A stretch of DNA of 64,000 nt from Ruditapes philippinarum (Eukaryota). Where the stretch lies: positions 1 to 64,000 of the forward strand of contig NW_026853097.1 in assembly GCF_026571515.1 (NCBI RefSeq). The letters run 5' to 3'. Both the position numbers and the translations under genes were made by a program. The first letter of the stretch is position 1, and every line of letters begins with the position of its first letter. The notes under the pieces are model-generated. The model was not told the DNA's origin. It worked only from the letters and a program-made list of their open reading frames with translations, and ran no database searches. This document shows, piece by piece, positions 12,276-27,420 of the stretch.

Positions 12276-14683
12276 CAATTCAGTTTATTTTGACAATGAA
12301 AAATGAGCATAATGACACTTTGAATGGGTAAGTTTTCCTTTAAAACATATAAATACAAATGTTGCTATGTACACATTCACCAGTTTCTTTTTAAATTCAA
12401 GCGATATGATAGTTTAACTACCCTTTTCGGAACATTGGCCATACCTGCATAACGTTTGCATTTAATGAACAAGTAGTCTTTATACTATCACATCAAGTTT
12501 CAAATAACGCCAAAGCGATGATGATGATTATAACAAAGGTAAAATGAAACACTTGCAAGGTCTCCTTACCCGAGTCTGTGATTGGTCGCTTTTTATATTT
12601 GCCAGGGAGGGATTTTCCCTGTTTTACATATTTTATTCATATGTATGATACATCGAGCAAATGTAGTAAATGTCAATTTACGGACTGATTTGAAGAATTA
12701 GCATTTCTTTCAAACAATTCTTTTAAAATGGCTTCGCGGTATGTTATAATAGTCGTATGATTTCCTAACATCGTTGACCCTAGTATCTTTAGTATCAATT
12801 TAGTGTATTGTGAAAATTTTAGCTGCTGCTAAAGGACACGACTTGTTTCGTTTTCATTGTTTCACTGGAACACGATCAAAATGGAGTCTACAATTTACTC
12901 CAATAAATTTTGGTTTTCATTGTGCTCGAGGGGATCTCCCTTAACCTTAATTTAAATGTCACATAAAAGATTATCTTGAACACTTCTGTTATACCTTTTT
13001 TAAATACAAATGTTTAAAGCCAGTAATAGCGAGTGGAAATTATCACAGCAGCACTCGTTAGCTACATCATGGTCTTTCAATTAGACTATTTGAAAGATCC
13101 TGGCTACATCGAGCTTTACCGTATTAAGCAGTCTAAAAATTTATTTTCCCGCTCTTACTTTATCATGTGATCAAAAGGATTTTAAAAAGGAAGAGGAAAA
13201 TAACACAACTCTTTTGAAAGTGTATCCAGTATAGTTATTGTTTGATTTGATTAATTAACCTGTCAAATTCATACTGATTATACGTACATGCACACAATAT
13301 ATTTATCTTCGATAAATGTTCGATATACGCAGTATGCAGTATGATGCGATAACATTTAATATGATTCTCTGAAATAGTTATACTGACCGTTATAGCACAA
13401 AAGGGTAAACTACCGGTTTATTTCTTAATGTTAGACGTGTTGTATGATCGCCACCGCGTATTTCTATTTTTTTTTCTTATTTAATTTTCAACATTATTGA
13501 AGGTATGATTGTTTTTTTTTGTTTTTTTTTGAAGTTGTTCTTTTTGTGTTCTTTTTATATGTTTTGCAATTATTTAGTAAAGATCATACTCTTTTTAAAT
13601 AGCATTAATATTAGAATCAAGAAAATCAATCAATAAATGTCAGGTCAATGCCGTATATTTCAATACAAAACAGACAGATCAGTATTTCTAAGTTGTTCCA
13701 TATTCGTGTAGACAATTTTGCAAGCCCTAGTTAGATAAAAAGAATAGGTCTGAAAACAATTGCAAAAGTAGGGATCGAACCACAGACCTCTCATATAATA
13801 GGTAATCACTCAACCGGCTGTGCCATTGCAAATATGACCAGAACGTAAACATTAAGATAGTGTGACTTTCAAAACATTATTCATATACTCCATATTAATT
13901 CTCGTAAACTATACGGACAAAACCGAAGTGAAATGAGTGCTATAATGTATTCATAATTGACAGGTTAATAAAATCAGACTATAACTTGTTATTGACAGAA
14001 TATTAGCCTTATTTGTTCTGTCTGTCCGCCACTAGGGAGTTGTCAAGCTCTCTTAAAATTATAAACATATGCTTAATAAATCATGAACTTTGCTAGTAAT
14101 CAATTTGTATTGTAATAAGTAATCAAAATCTAAAATAAAAAGAAATATAAAAAAGTAAAAATTAATTTCATTGAAGTAGACACACTATGTTATTAAAGTA
14201 CTTTATCGTACGATATTCTCATCTTACGAGAAAGGGAATACTTTTTACAATTTCCTGATTTTCCAAATTCTTTACCGATGTAACATTACTTTCTAGGAGA
14301 ATATATTGACTTATTTTAAAAGTGCCAGCGGAAATTAATGACATAAAATTGAAAGACGATGACGATTTTAAGGAGTAGCCGACACAAAATGGAATGTGAA
14401 AAAATGTTATTAATATTCGGGAGTAAAAAGAGCTTTATTATTGTGAGAAGACAATATTTTATGTAAATTTCAAAATATGTTAATTTGTTATAATTAGGTA
14501 AGGGCAAGTGTATATAGTTTATAACTGCATCTCGTATACTGTTTTCTATGATTTCGTAAAAGGAAAAAAACACATCAATTTACTTAAATAGTAATAGTGA
14601 AAATGAAGTTACAAACGGCATGGGTATGTCTTATAAATATGTTTTTTTCTTTTTACGACATTATTTCTGGGAAAGCCCTCATC

Positions 14684-16418
14684 ATTAGTCGCCGGTAGAA
14701 ACCGGCGACTATATTTGTAACAGTTTATTATTATATCTATGGTAGGAGAAGGCCTTAAAAAAATCTGAATATAAAAGCAAATCAATTACTGAACAATTAA
14801 GGACCACAATTATTTTTCATAATCTTAATTCAAACATAAAGTAACGTTTCTAATTGAAATGAAATATACAAATATTGACTTCTTAAAAAGCAACACACAG
14901 AATTAATAATGTATCCCTTTGGACCAGTCATTGAATTTAGGTATACTTTTACTTTTTTTCTAAGTGTCAAGCGTTGCTATTTTATGATTGATAAATCATG
15001 AATGATATTTGAAAAGACACATTTAAATTATTTGGTTGCTTATATCTTATGAGACCTATTATATTTCATTATTTTATCTAATTACAAACATATTCTCCCT
15101 GTTCTTTTGTAAGAATCACGTGACTACACGTTGTATGTTCTTGTTATAAAATCTATTTATAGTAACAGATTGCTGATAAGACTACAAGTAAAAGGCTGAA
15201 GAGATGCAAATGTATAAATAATAACAAAGTTATCTTTCATTAATCAGTTTCATATTTTATTTCATTAGAAAGGTATGTATACTCATAATTTACACATTAA
15301 AGAATAAGTTTTCAAAACCTTTTCATTTTTTCTTGGTAAAGGGTTAAACTTGGCCCTTTCTGTCAACGTTCAATAGTTTAGTTTAGGTTGAACATCACAA
15401 AATAGATTTATGCTTAAGAGGCACATTTATTGAAATAAATAGTGGTAATCGTCGTCTTCGTTATATTCCGTCGATTTCCGTCGCCAGGTTACCAAAACGG
15501 TATGACGGTAGGGATCCGGAATCGTATTAGATGCATAAAGAAAACTAATAAAATATCTTTTTGTTTATATTTTATCGAACTGAAAGGCAATTAAACGTAA
15601 ACTATATCGTATGTAACGACAGGAATATTAATTTCAACTAAATTATATATTTTTTCGATAGCGCGGAAGAATATTATTTTATGCAGATACCAGTTTTAAG
15701 GTAGAATTGCATTGTTTCATGCAATAATAAAAACATATATATTTTCAAATATTCGATGACCGTTAATTATTTGGCGGTAATTATCGGATTCTGAAGTAAA
15801 CAATACGGTTTCGATATCTGGTATTACGGTATATGTATAAGGTAGAATTACAAGTAGAATTACAAGAATATCACTCGCCTTACAAAATTAATCAAAATTA
15901 TGAATAAAAAAATGCTACAAATGAAACACGCTATATTAACTTATGTTTCATATAGTTAAAAGAAATAATAAAAAATAGCTTTATGAAAACTGCAAAAGGG
16001 ATTTTCAAAGATTCGAACTTGGCCTACTAGGTCACATCTTCGTCATACTTACCACCACTAGGCCATCGAGCAATATTTATTGATTTAATATCGAGATCTA
16101 TACTATCAATAAAATCGTTAGCATTAATCATAATAAGTTATATAACGAAACACCTCCCGAAAATTAATGAGTCTCAGGTCAATATTGCCAGACAATACTT
16201 GCTTATTTAATAATCATAGCAGTTCCTTGACAATATTGCTAAGCAAGTTTGCTTCATATAATTATGATGTTTTATTGTGAATAAATAGTCACTCAACCTA
16301 TTGTTCCTCTTTTCTTTATATTTGAACCATTAATTAAACTGATATTTTCTTATATTTATGATAATACAATCATTTTTCTATCCGGCGACTTGATGCTTAA
16401 GCATCAAAATCTCTAGTT
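14684..16418 (+). mobile_element. Helentron-associated non-autonomous element (HINE/DINE-1-like)
   Basis: 5' hairpin AGTCGCCGGT-AGAA-ACCGGCGACT at 14687-14710. The 3' subterminal CCGGCGACT is followed by a perfect 18-bp palindrome TTGATGCTTAAGCATCAA (16390-16407) and CTAG-TTTT. Confidence 0.7.
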
Positions 16419-17059
16419 TTTAGTATTATTATATATATTTTGTTTCATACTATGAACATACATGTTTCCTTTTCTGTATAAGCTATATTCTGTTTTGTAT
16501 TTAATGTTCTCTTTATGTTGCATGTAAAACGTTAGTGAAATTGTACAATGTAGTATAATTGTATTAAACTATATATAGTAACTAAAAAAGGACATTAAGG
16601 TAATTAAATGTTCATTTATCGATACTGTCAAATGAAAATACAGCAGTGATACAACATGTAATAGTTGTGTAAATTGCTGCATCAAACATTCGCAGTATAC
16701 GTGCCACTTGTGTTTTACTGCCCTTTATTCTTTCCGTTGTTGTTGTTGTGTTTCTTCTGGTCCTTCAGTGTCAATGATAATTGTAAGGTTGAAAACCGAT
16801 TTGGAACATTTGCATCTTTATATTTTGAGTATATTTGTTATCTTCATTTAAATAGTCAACTCAACATAATAAATTCAGGTAACAGTCCATTTCATTGCTT
16901 ATATAGATAAATACTTGGATATTTTTAAATGCGATAATGTAGGGACTCCACTGAGGTTTTTTTGACATGACAGGACCGAATAAATATATTTTTTAAACTT
17001 TATGTAGGTGTGAACCAATAACTCGTGTACACAATTTCATATCATTCGCTCACTCCGCT

Positions 17060-18802
17060 TATTTTGGATAATTTTGTCAGATGCACAATTTGGGTTTAGA
17101 AAAGGAAAATCAACCATTGATGCTTTATTTAGTCTAATGACAGTTGTTCAAAATTATATAAATAATAATTAACGTTTGTATTGTGTTTTTGTAGACTTTA
17201 AGAAGGCTTTCGATTGTATATATAGAAACGCGCTTTGGTTAAAATTAAGTAATTGTGGGATTAGAGGTAAATTGTTACGCCTAATAAAAGACGTGTATAG
17301 TAAAGTAAAATCGTGTGTAAGGTAATGTAATAGTTACTCAGAATTCTTTAATTATGCTGTAGGTCTACGTCAAGGGGAGGTAATTTCACCGATTTTATTT
17401 TCCCTCTTTTTAGATGACTTTGAATTATTTTTACAAAGGGATGTAAATAGTGGTTTGACTTTAAACGATATTGTTTTGATTTTGTTACTGTTCGCTGATG
17501 ATATGGTCATTTTAGGAAATACATCAGATGATATAAATAGAAGTTTGACATTATTAAATGATTATTGTAAAAAATGGAGCTTAGATGTAAATATCGATAA
17601 AACCAAAGATGTTGTTTTTAGAAAACGTGGAGGTTTAAAAAACAATTAATTATTTTATTACGAAGGGAAACATATAGATATTGTCGATAGATTCAATTAC
17701 TTAGGAACAATATTTACTAATACTGGTTGTTTTAATTTAAATCAAGAACATTTGATTGGTAAAGCTCATAAAGCTCTAAATGTACTACTGATTAATTGTA
17801 ATAGATACCAGTTAAAACCTAAAGTGTTATGTCAGCTTTTTGACACTTTTGTTGGTTTAATTTTAAATTATGCTGCTGAAATCTGGGGTTTTACTAAATC
17901 AAAGGAAATTGACAGACTTCATCTTAAATTTTGTAAAAAGATATTAAATATAAAAGTTAATTCATATAATGTTGTATTATGAATTAGCACGTTATCCTTT
18001 ATATATTTCAAGATATGTTAAGATTTTAAGATTTTGGTTTAAAATGCTTGAGACAGATAATATCATTCTTAAAAATGTATATAACATTGCTCTTGAAGAC
18101 AGTAATAATGGTAAGAAAAAATGGTTATCAAATCTAAAATTGTTATTATGTAATCATGGTTTTAGTGATATTTGGGATTCTGTAAATAGTAACATATTTT
18201 TACCGATGTTTAAGCAAAGGGCAATTGATTGTTCTTTTGGTAAAGAAAGCAGTCCTGTTTTGTATCTGTAAAATCATGTTAAAGATTCTTTTGTATATTA
18301 TGAAAACTATCTTGATATAATACCAAGTACTTTAAGGATCTTCGCATTCATTACATGTGCAAACTGGTAGGTTTCATAGAAATAGAATTAGTTAGAAATG
18401 AAAGATATTGTTTATATTGTAATCTACATGACGTCGAAGATGAATACCATTTTATTTTAATTTGTCCTTGTTATATTGATATAAGAAAAAAATATATAAA
18501 AAGATACTATTATATAAGACCTAGTATGCTTAAATTCACTGATATGTTAAAATCAAACAATAGAAGTATACTTTTAAATTTATCCTGGTATGTACGAGAT
18601 GCGATGTCTCATAGAAATTACTTAGATATAGTACATACAACTTAATATATTATAATTCATCCTCTATATTGATATGAAAGAGACATGTTTAGATGCAATC
18701 TTGTGATTTATATTGGTATGTATTGTAAAATTGTTTATACATATATATGTATGACGATGTATGATTGTACAAGTAAAAAAATTAAATATCTGTTCTGTTC
18801 TG
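17060..18802 (+). mobile_element. 5'-truncated decayed non-LTR retrotransposon (RTEX/Proto2-like ORF2: RT plus C-terminal CCHC)
   Basis: QFGFRKGKSTID, FVDFKKAFD, GLRQGEVISPILF, LLFADD and C-terminal RYCLYCNLHDVEDEYHFILICPCY, with stops and frameshifts. ATTAAA plus a (TCTGT)n tail at about 18781-18802. Clade is inferred. Confidence 0.9.
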
Positions 18803-21200
18803 ACAATTAAATTTTATTGCACTAATTGACCCAAAATTGAAAAGCTTTGAAACGCTTTTCACTCAAATCGACTGCAAGACTGCATTAAAAATCGATCATC
18901 ATTTTATTAACGAGTATAATTATACATTATTATATAGTTTTCCATTTTAAGCTCATCTGTTGATTTATGAAAAGACTTCAAATGTTATGCTTTCGGGATA
19001 TTAGACCTCAGTGGACTTTTTATAGAGGGGTTCAACTGAAGTCTAAAAACCTAAAACAAAATTTTTGATTTTTAAGAAAAAAATTCTTACATAAATCAGC
19101 TGGAGGAAACAAAACAGAAAGATAATTAAGATATATACTTAAAAAATCATATTGTTGTGCTTTTCAGCCCGACTTGAGTGGAAAGCCTTTAAGCTTTAAT
19201 CTCGGGTCATTTTTCACAATTAGAATAATTATTCTGGAAAAAACGAAGCGAGCAAATGATCTGAAATTACACAAGTTATTGGTCAATGCCTACATCAAAC
19301 GGAACATTAATCTCTTAAAATTATTTCAAGTCCCGTCATGCAAAAAAACAACCTGTGTCCCTTTAAATCCTTATTATTTTTTTTTGGAACCTTAAAATGA
19401 AACAATTATCAACTATAGCAGCATATCAGCCAGATCATTTCATTGGCTTATAAAAGAAACAGATAACAGAAAGTTGGATCAAGATGATCAAAGATTGAAT
19501 TTTCATTTGTAGTTAAAATAATGTGATCAAGACAATACTAAGTCGTTTAACGAAGTTATGCATCGAAGGGGAAGCGTTTCAACAGCTCTACCCACTGTTA
19601 TGGACAAAACTGGAATAATATTGCTAAATTATAATTGAAATAAGCTTGAATGTACCTGAAGGTATTCTATACTTACAAACATATTTCACACGCTGAATGT
19701 TTTCCGATGAAAATGCAGCTAATACCACTGATTATACCATAATCTTAAATGAAGATTTAAATCAGAACAGAACGCCGATGCACGTGTCTGTATTTAGCCC
19801 ACTATGGATAATGATTATGTGGGATAGCAGAAATGTAAAACGCCCGTCTAAGGTCATAATCGCTTTCTATAAATAATAAACTGATGCCACCCTGTAAATG
19901 ATGAAGTTTTAAATATTGGGCGTACAATTAAGTAGGTTTATGTTACATTAAACTGATCAAGTTACAGACACGACGATGGGAATTGCGACGTAGTAGTGAA
20001 AACATAATAAGATACCGATATGTCAGCCACATTATAAATTGCAACCAACATCCCCGGCCTATTGAAATTTTATTTACGTTAGCTTATTTGAATAAATATT
20101 ATAAGCATTTTACAAGTTGCATAACTTAAAACCTCAGGGGTGATCAAAACGTTTGTGGAAACGTGTAAGTGTTAGCTTAGTTATTGAACCTATGGTCTCA
20201 ACGTAAGACAAAACAAATTCCGACAGTAATCTCTCAAACTGCTGACTTAGTCTAAGAAAGAAATATCTGATTAACATATAAATATGACAACAATCGAGTC
20301 AGAAACGAAAGTATAGTGAACCCATAGTTACCAATGATTGCTTAAATCAAAGAAAATTATACCAGCCGTAACGATCAGTATCGCCAGCCTTGAAAGTCAA
20401 CCTGACTTATTATAGTGTTATTATTCTTCACAAGTCAAGAAGTGTAGAAACACGTTTGCGGATTTAACTAATTTCTATATATAGCGACATTTTCATGTTA
20501 AACTATTAGAAGACATTTTCATGTGTATGAGTCATGTAAGGTAAATTGCTAGGTAAATAAAGGACTGTTGTACAGGAACAAGTTCTTGCAACAGTTTCAA
20601 TTATGGTGTGTCAGGGGACCATTAACGCTTCTCATTCGACGTATCTAAGTATAAAATCAGCGTTGTTTGTGTCGTCTGCTTGTTGTAAAATGTCTTTCCA
20701 TACGTCCATACGCAAGATCGAGCAGCATGATATGCATGGTGTGTATATGGTAATCTGGATTCTCTTAATTTTGTTTTTATTTATATTTCAATTACCAATG
20801 CTTCATAATTGAAAATATAGCAGTCTCCGAATGTCCGGTAACACCAGATTTCAACGTTTAAAACGGAGAAATATTCGCAGATTTGTTCACACGCTCAGAG
20901 TCGACATAAATTATTTTGTTGGCGTCAACCTTGAAAATATTTTTTAGACGAGTACTTTTCTAAAGGGCGTGTAATTTTGTAATCAAATGTGTAAATTGAG
21001 CAAAAAATGATAAATGCTTGTATGAAATTAATCTCGACTCAGTAGAATTATCATGAATATCATGTGTTAAGAAAAGAAATAGGAAGCATCTTACCGCGAT
21101 ATTTTTCATCACCCCTCGAACATTCCCCAATATAAAAGAGGTTGACCTGGAGAGAAAAAGACATTTCCATTCGCTTGATGCTTCTAATATATTTGTATGA

Positions 21201-21274
21201 TATATAAACTTCTGAAAATGTGTGTACTAGATAAAGCTCATATCTGAGTAACGCGTGTCAGCCGCAAGGTATGT
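21201..21274 (+). promoter_or_regulatory. Candidate TATA promoter with short non-coding first exon
   Basis: TATATAAA at 21201-21208, Inr-like TCATAT about 35 nt downstream and a strong donor AAG|GTATGT at 21268/21269. Motif evidence only. Confidence 0.3.
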
Positions 21275-21765
21275 TTCATTTTATTTCTCTAATTTATTTA
21301 AAATTTCGATAATATTAGTGGTACATGTATTATGTTTTCAGAATTATTAACCGATAAATCAATATTATTTATACGCGTTGAAGAAAAACACCTTACGCTT
21401 TTATTCAGTGACGGTTTTTGTTATAGTCAACAAATTTGAAACTTTTAACAGATCTCATGAATGCATAAAGTACGTTTTTAGATATAATTGAAGTCTTATT
21501 TTACATTCAATGTATTCATTCAAAAAGGCAGATTTATCTTTTAAGGAGATTTTTCTTTATTTTGTTTGGTTTAATATTGTATACTGATTTATCCGTGAAA
21601 ATTATATTTGATAGTTTTTTACAGTGAAAATTATCAAAGTATAATTTCACACTGACTACTTTTTAAAGATTTTCCCAATGTGGTACCTCACTTTTATTTT
21701 CGCTTACACCAAGTCTGTTATTTTCATATTTACAAATACTTCTCAACAAATTAAATCAATATCAG

Positions 21766-24468
21766 GGGGTGGAACGTATAGCGGTGCGATACTCCTTTAA
21801 GCGAGGTGAAATCATGCGATACGGACTTATGGCGGATTTATTCGTGTAAACACACGTCAGAGTGAGTGTATTTTATTAATTATTTATTTTATTAATTATT
21901 TCATAAATCTTCAATTACAATTACATATTTTGTATTGAAGATGTGAAGATAGGACCGACACATATTTCATCAAAATTACAAGGGCTTAAATTCATACTTA
22001 AAAAAGTTATTGAAAGTAAACTGACGGCAACTGATTTTGTGTCGGTGAATAAAATCGCTAAAAGCAAGCTTATATTAATATAGTTTATTTCTTTTTCTTT
22101 TTTATTCTATAAGGGTAATCATAATTGATTTGCATAGCAAGTACCTTTGTGCTCCTATATCATGTATATACATAGAAGCTTACCGGACAAAATTTTTGAG
22201 TGTACGCTGGGTTTTGGTGCGATGAAATAACTGTTCGCTATTAAAGGTTCGATATTTGTTCATTTTCACATTTGTTGTACATGTTTCCCTATGATAACAC
22301 TAAGAGATCTACCATATGTGTCCGTTTCCGGATTTCTGAAAAAAAAGGTTTGATATCTTCTTCTTTCCTTAAGGATTTACTTCAAATAAAAGTTTCGTAT
22401 CACTATTTATATAAGTGTTACTATTTGAACTAAATTTTATTAGTTAGATTTCTACCTGTGATAATTAGGAGTTGGAAAAAGTAAACTTTACTCTAAAATC
22501 TTAGAAACTATATTTCTTGTCCTTTATCAATTTTAAGCAACGTTCATAGTTACAGTATTGTCATTCCAAAAATATGTCGCCATTTTCAACAACAAGAGTC
22601 TTGTTTTTGTACTGTATCTTGTTTGTGATTTATTTCTAATTTTGATCATAGAATTTGTGTTGAGTTTTGTTTCTGTAGTCTAATTTATTACTGAAGAATC
22701 CATGCAATTTAATTTTGAAGTTTATTTTCCACTTTCGTTCATCTATGATATGTTTGTCATTTGATTTTGCTCTTGATATTAATTAGGCAATACTGTATTC
22801 CTAGGCATTATTTCGAGCTTATTAAATTAGCGCTTTTCGCGTTGAGTATATTTCCGCGAATGTTTGTATCCGCAAAAAATATGCATGTAACAAATTCTCA
22901 AAAAATTGAAGCTTATAATTTCTACAGCGCACATCACTCACATAAAAGTTCAAACTGTTTTTTTAACTCAAACTTGCCACTTAGGCAAGGAAAATACAGC
23001 AGTTTACACACATTTAGAAAGACAATAGCTTGCGTAAGAGATCAACAGAATCATGTTAAAGGAGTCTTTAGGAACCTTAACAATAGTAAAACAGTATATG
23101 CCATCATTCCTTTATTCATTCTGCAACTTTTATATGTTGATATATACATTTTTTAATTTATTTTTATTCAAAAAGTAGGAATAGTAGGAATATTCATAAA
23201 AAGGAACAGAGTAAGAGTATGGCAAAGAAGTAGGAAATTAGGCAAAAGTAGGACTTATTTCAAGCTTGTATACTAAAATGGCCATAATGGCTTTCATCTT
23301 TGACCTTAAATGACATTAAATAAATAAGGGTCATCTAATAGGCTTTTGTCAGTGTTTTTTTTTAATTTTCTAAAAAAATATATGTAATATCCAATCCATA
23401 AAAGAAATCAAACAAGTATTTTTTAAAATAAATATTTCAAGTCACATTGCAAAAAAACAACAACAAAAAAACACAAAAAAAGAAAAACACAACAACACAA
23501 TTTATAACATGTACTTCGTACTTCTCAAGGTATTGAATGAACATTAGAACGGATGGTAGGCGTGTTTTTCCGACAAGTGCATGTAATAAATAGTAATTCC
23601 ACTTCTCATATGTTGCTGTTTTAATTAAAGTTATTTTTTCTCTGACAACATAAATATGTAATTAATAATAGAAAAACATGTTATTAAATGATAAAACCTT
23701 TACTGAATAAATGGAATAAACAAAACGAATATTATCGTTACTATTGCTTATTTGATAAAATTTTAAGTTTCTGTGCAATAACATATCTAATTTTAATATT
23801 TAACCTTTGTGAGATGAGAATATTTAACTTAACTTTATCATAGTACAATGTATAATACATTAATTGACACTACTGTTTTAATTGACACTGTGATTTACAT
23901 ATGATAAACATACAAACACAAAGCTAAATATTTCATCAATATTGAATAAGAATGTACTGTAATGAGGAACTCCCCGTCACCACAGAAAAACACACCAAAA
24001 TTTGTGCGTACAGTTGGTTTCTCGGGCCAAATATTAGGCGTATAGTAAGAAAGCTGGAAATATTATATATATTTTCGGATAGATATGGAAAACTACTCTT
24101 TTATATCGTTTTGTTATCAAAAATAAACATGTAAGGACGTAAACTAATCGAATATCTAGTTTGAAAACTACTGATACATTATTTGTTTGCATGTGTACAT
24201 CAGTTTGACGGTTGAATTTGCAGCAAGAAATACCTCAATAACTTCCTCAATACTATAAAATTTAGTATTTTGTTTTGACGATCACGCATAATTATTAGTT
24301 CTGATCAGCATGCACAATGCTTTTCTTCAAGAAATTACAGTAGACAACAAATATTTGAAAACAAACATGCGCATACCCACTTTCGTTTTCGTCTTCGACG
24401 GCCATTAGTCCGTATCGTATGGTTTCACCTCGCTTGAAAGAGTATGGCACCGCTATACGTTCGACCCC
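21766..24468. mobile_element. Non-autonomous TIR element with ~70-bp TIRs and GGGG termini (ISL2EU/Harbinger-like)
   Basis: Left GGGGTGGAACGTATAGCGGTGCGATACTCCTTTAAGCGAGGTGAAATCATGCGATACGGACT versus reverse complement of right GGGGTCGAACGTATAGCGGTGCCATACTCTTTCAAGCGAGGTGAAACCATACGATACGGACT. No clean TSD and no transposase ORF seen. Confidence 0.75.
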
Positions 24469-25168
24469 ATTGGACAAACTGTTGAAGTTGATAAGACTGC
24501 TACAATGGTTTTCAATACAGGAACGATAATTTTGAGTTCTTATATAATTATGAAAAAATTAAGGTTCTACAAACATTTACTTATCTAGGTTTCGGTTTTC
24601 GGCTGAAGTTTTTGTTAGTTTGTTGTTCCCTCATTTTTAAAATGAGGACTGAGTACTCGCGTAAAACATTTTACGTTAGAAACCGTTCTATATATCTATT
24701 AGTATATACGAGTATAAAGGTCATCCTATCAGTGCAAAAATAGGTTATAAGAATATTACACCGGCTGCCGGTACAGAAGGAATAACTGGCTCTATAATAA
24801 CTGTTTACGGCGGTAATTAGGCTCTACCGAGATTTCGCTTAACAGCTTTTATCATTTTGTACTTATTTTGTGGTCTAAATACAAGTGCACATGAAATTAT
24901 TCAACATAAGTGACGGAACTGTGGTATCATTATAGTGTTTTGAACGTCAACGTGTACAAAAAAACCGCTCAACAGCTTTAGCTTTCAAAAAGGACATTAT
25001 TATATGATATACATGTATAGCTATTGACATGAATATGGTGGCCTCAATTACACTTTTTTACGCTCTATCAGTAGGCGTTAAATTAAATGTACAATGTATC
25101 ACTAAAAGTTGTCTAATTTAACACCGAATTTGAGCTGATTCTCATAAAAGTTGGAGACATTTTGGATG

Positions 25169-25340
25169 TGTCGTAGGGTTCCTCTTTCATAATAAAGGAG
25201 AGGCTGTTTTTGCCTGTAATGTCACGTAAACAAATAAAACAATTTACTAAGGTAGAAAGAAAAAGCAACACAGCTACTTAGTGGCGCCAACCAATGGAAG
25301 TATTTTCAATGTGCGCATGCGTGCCTTCCAATTCGCAACA
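25169..25340 (-). repeat. Gypsy LTR-like repeat, left copy
   Basis: About 88% identical by hand count to 35191-35357 and bounded by TGTCG...CAACA. No obvious polypurine tract next to it. Confidence 0.7.
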
Positions 25341-25687
25341 CATAAACACAACATGCATAATGGAAAACGACCTGAAAGTCTCACTTTTAAAGTAAGTGTA
25401 TTAATAAAAGTGTGTCTACGGAATATTATGATCACTGAAGGTTTTGTTTTACCTAGTTTTTATCAAAGACTTGTACGATTTCTTTGTTTTAATGAAAACA
25501 GCTAGAGCTGGCTTGGGGAAAAGGATCATTTGGAATACTCTTAAAATTAGAAAATTATGTTGTCAATAAAAATATTCATATAATATAACTGCAAGCATCA
25601 AAGAAATGTATACACAGAATATTGCACACAAGATCTGTTTTATTCCTTAAAAAATCATAAAAGCATGACAACTGACCGAGTTCTTCG

Positions 25688-27420
25688 TACCGTATCAAGG
25701 GTCCGCACCGAAAAATGTGGCACCGTATACATTAGCGCTAGACTTGCAACGCATCATGATGATTAACCTTATGCTGAATAATCTTATTTGTGTTTATTTA
25801 TTTTTGCCCATCTGGGCGAAGCTGTTATCAATCATTTACAAACCGGAGGAAAATGCATAAATACTAAAGATTCTTCTGTTCTAGAAGCAAACCTGGTTCT
25901 TTTGTGCGTCTGGCGTAAACACGTGGTACCATGGTCATATTTGAAAGAATCGGTTCGATAAGGACAACTAGAATGCAAATTGCTAATTTTCTTGTACATG
26001 TAAAGAAGCAAGTTTATATTGAAAATGTTATGAATAAATGTAACACAAATAGTCATATATAATTGTTACCATTTTATACATACTCTTTGAGATAGTGCTT
26101 ACGGAGATAGTTTCTAAAAAAAGCTTTTTAAGATTCCTACTCAATCCAAAAACTCCTACTCAATATGTATAATTTGTTATTTGTCAATTATCATGTAAAT
26201 GAAATGTTTATAAATAACATATAGATTGAACTAAACAATTTGAGTCAATATATTGGAAGAAATAGGAATCGAACCCGTGACTTTTAGACTGAAACGTCGG
26301 ACTTGCAATTCTGGCATCGCTTGTCAAGGCGTTAGCTCGAACCCCGTCAGCGGCCATCCCATGTTTACTTGAGCAAGAAACTTACACTGTTTTGGTTAAA
26401 GTTATCTATAAGTTTTATTATAGTCTAGCAACAACTGGAACCACAAGTATCAAGAAAGTGTGAAAAAATACGAGCATGCCGACACAGATATTAATACAGG
26501 GAGAATAGCACACCGTTGCCGCCTTTCTTAAATTCAGTAGCATGCGTAAGTTACGTGCCCTGTCAATAAGTTAAGTAACTATAATTCAAATGTAAAAAAC
26601 TACTGTTTTAGAAATATGAGCTTTGGCTTGCTTGTGCGATGTATTAGGCAATGTGAGAGTAAAAGTTCTATTATTGATTTCAGCAAATACTATGTAATTC
26701 CCGACTCCAAATAAAAAGTTTAACTTCACAAAAGACATAAAATGCAACTGAATAGAAACTGACAGCATAGAATTTTTATAGGAAATTATCTTTAAAAACC
26801 TATAGAGGTGCAGATTGCTTCCAGGCGCAGGTAATCCACTGCCCCGCTTACCCTAACCGGTAACCAAACATTTACCTTTTTACAAAAAAAAAGAAAAAAA
26901 CAAAAACGATTAAACACATTTTAAAGTACATGTTTGCAGTATTACCGCAAAAAAGCGGTGCCATGGTTCTGCATGATGCGGTACCACGTTTATCAAAGTC
27001 TTCTTGATTTTACAACATTATTTTGCATTATTTGTGTAAAATTGATATGTGATCAGCTCGTGTCAATGCTTTATGTGATCTTTTGACATTTGATACTTTT
27101 CCCGACCACTTTACTGTCGGAAAAGAATAAAAAATGTTCGCATCAACAACACAAATGTTTCACATGACTGTATAAAAGTGTTTTCATTAGTTTCAGGTTA
27201 AAATAGGCAAATATAGTTGCATAATGTTTTGCACACATAGATTAAACATTCAAAACTTCCGTGATGTATGCAAACTGTCTAAATAGAATCAATTTTAGAA
27301 AGAAATTTTCGCCCTCTTGCATTTTTTAGAAGATTGCGTAAGAATCATACGGTACTGCGCGCAAGATGATATATTATCGACGGTATGCGGAAAAATGATG
27401 CGTATCACTTGACACCGTGC
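25688..27420. mobile_element. Possible old TIR element with degenerate ends
   Basis: Degenerate inverted ends (CCGTATCAAG...CGCAC versus TGCGTATCACTTGACACCG) and internal inverted CGTGGTACC / GGTACCACG motifs. Confidence 0.35.

Noticed and set aside
13765-13826. Functional tRNA gene
   Set aside because: A and B boxes are present but there is no convincing acceptor or anticodon stem.
24748-24840. Fourth split-palindrome element
   Set aside because: It resembles a hairpin start but I could not find the second arm or the far end.
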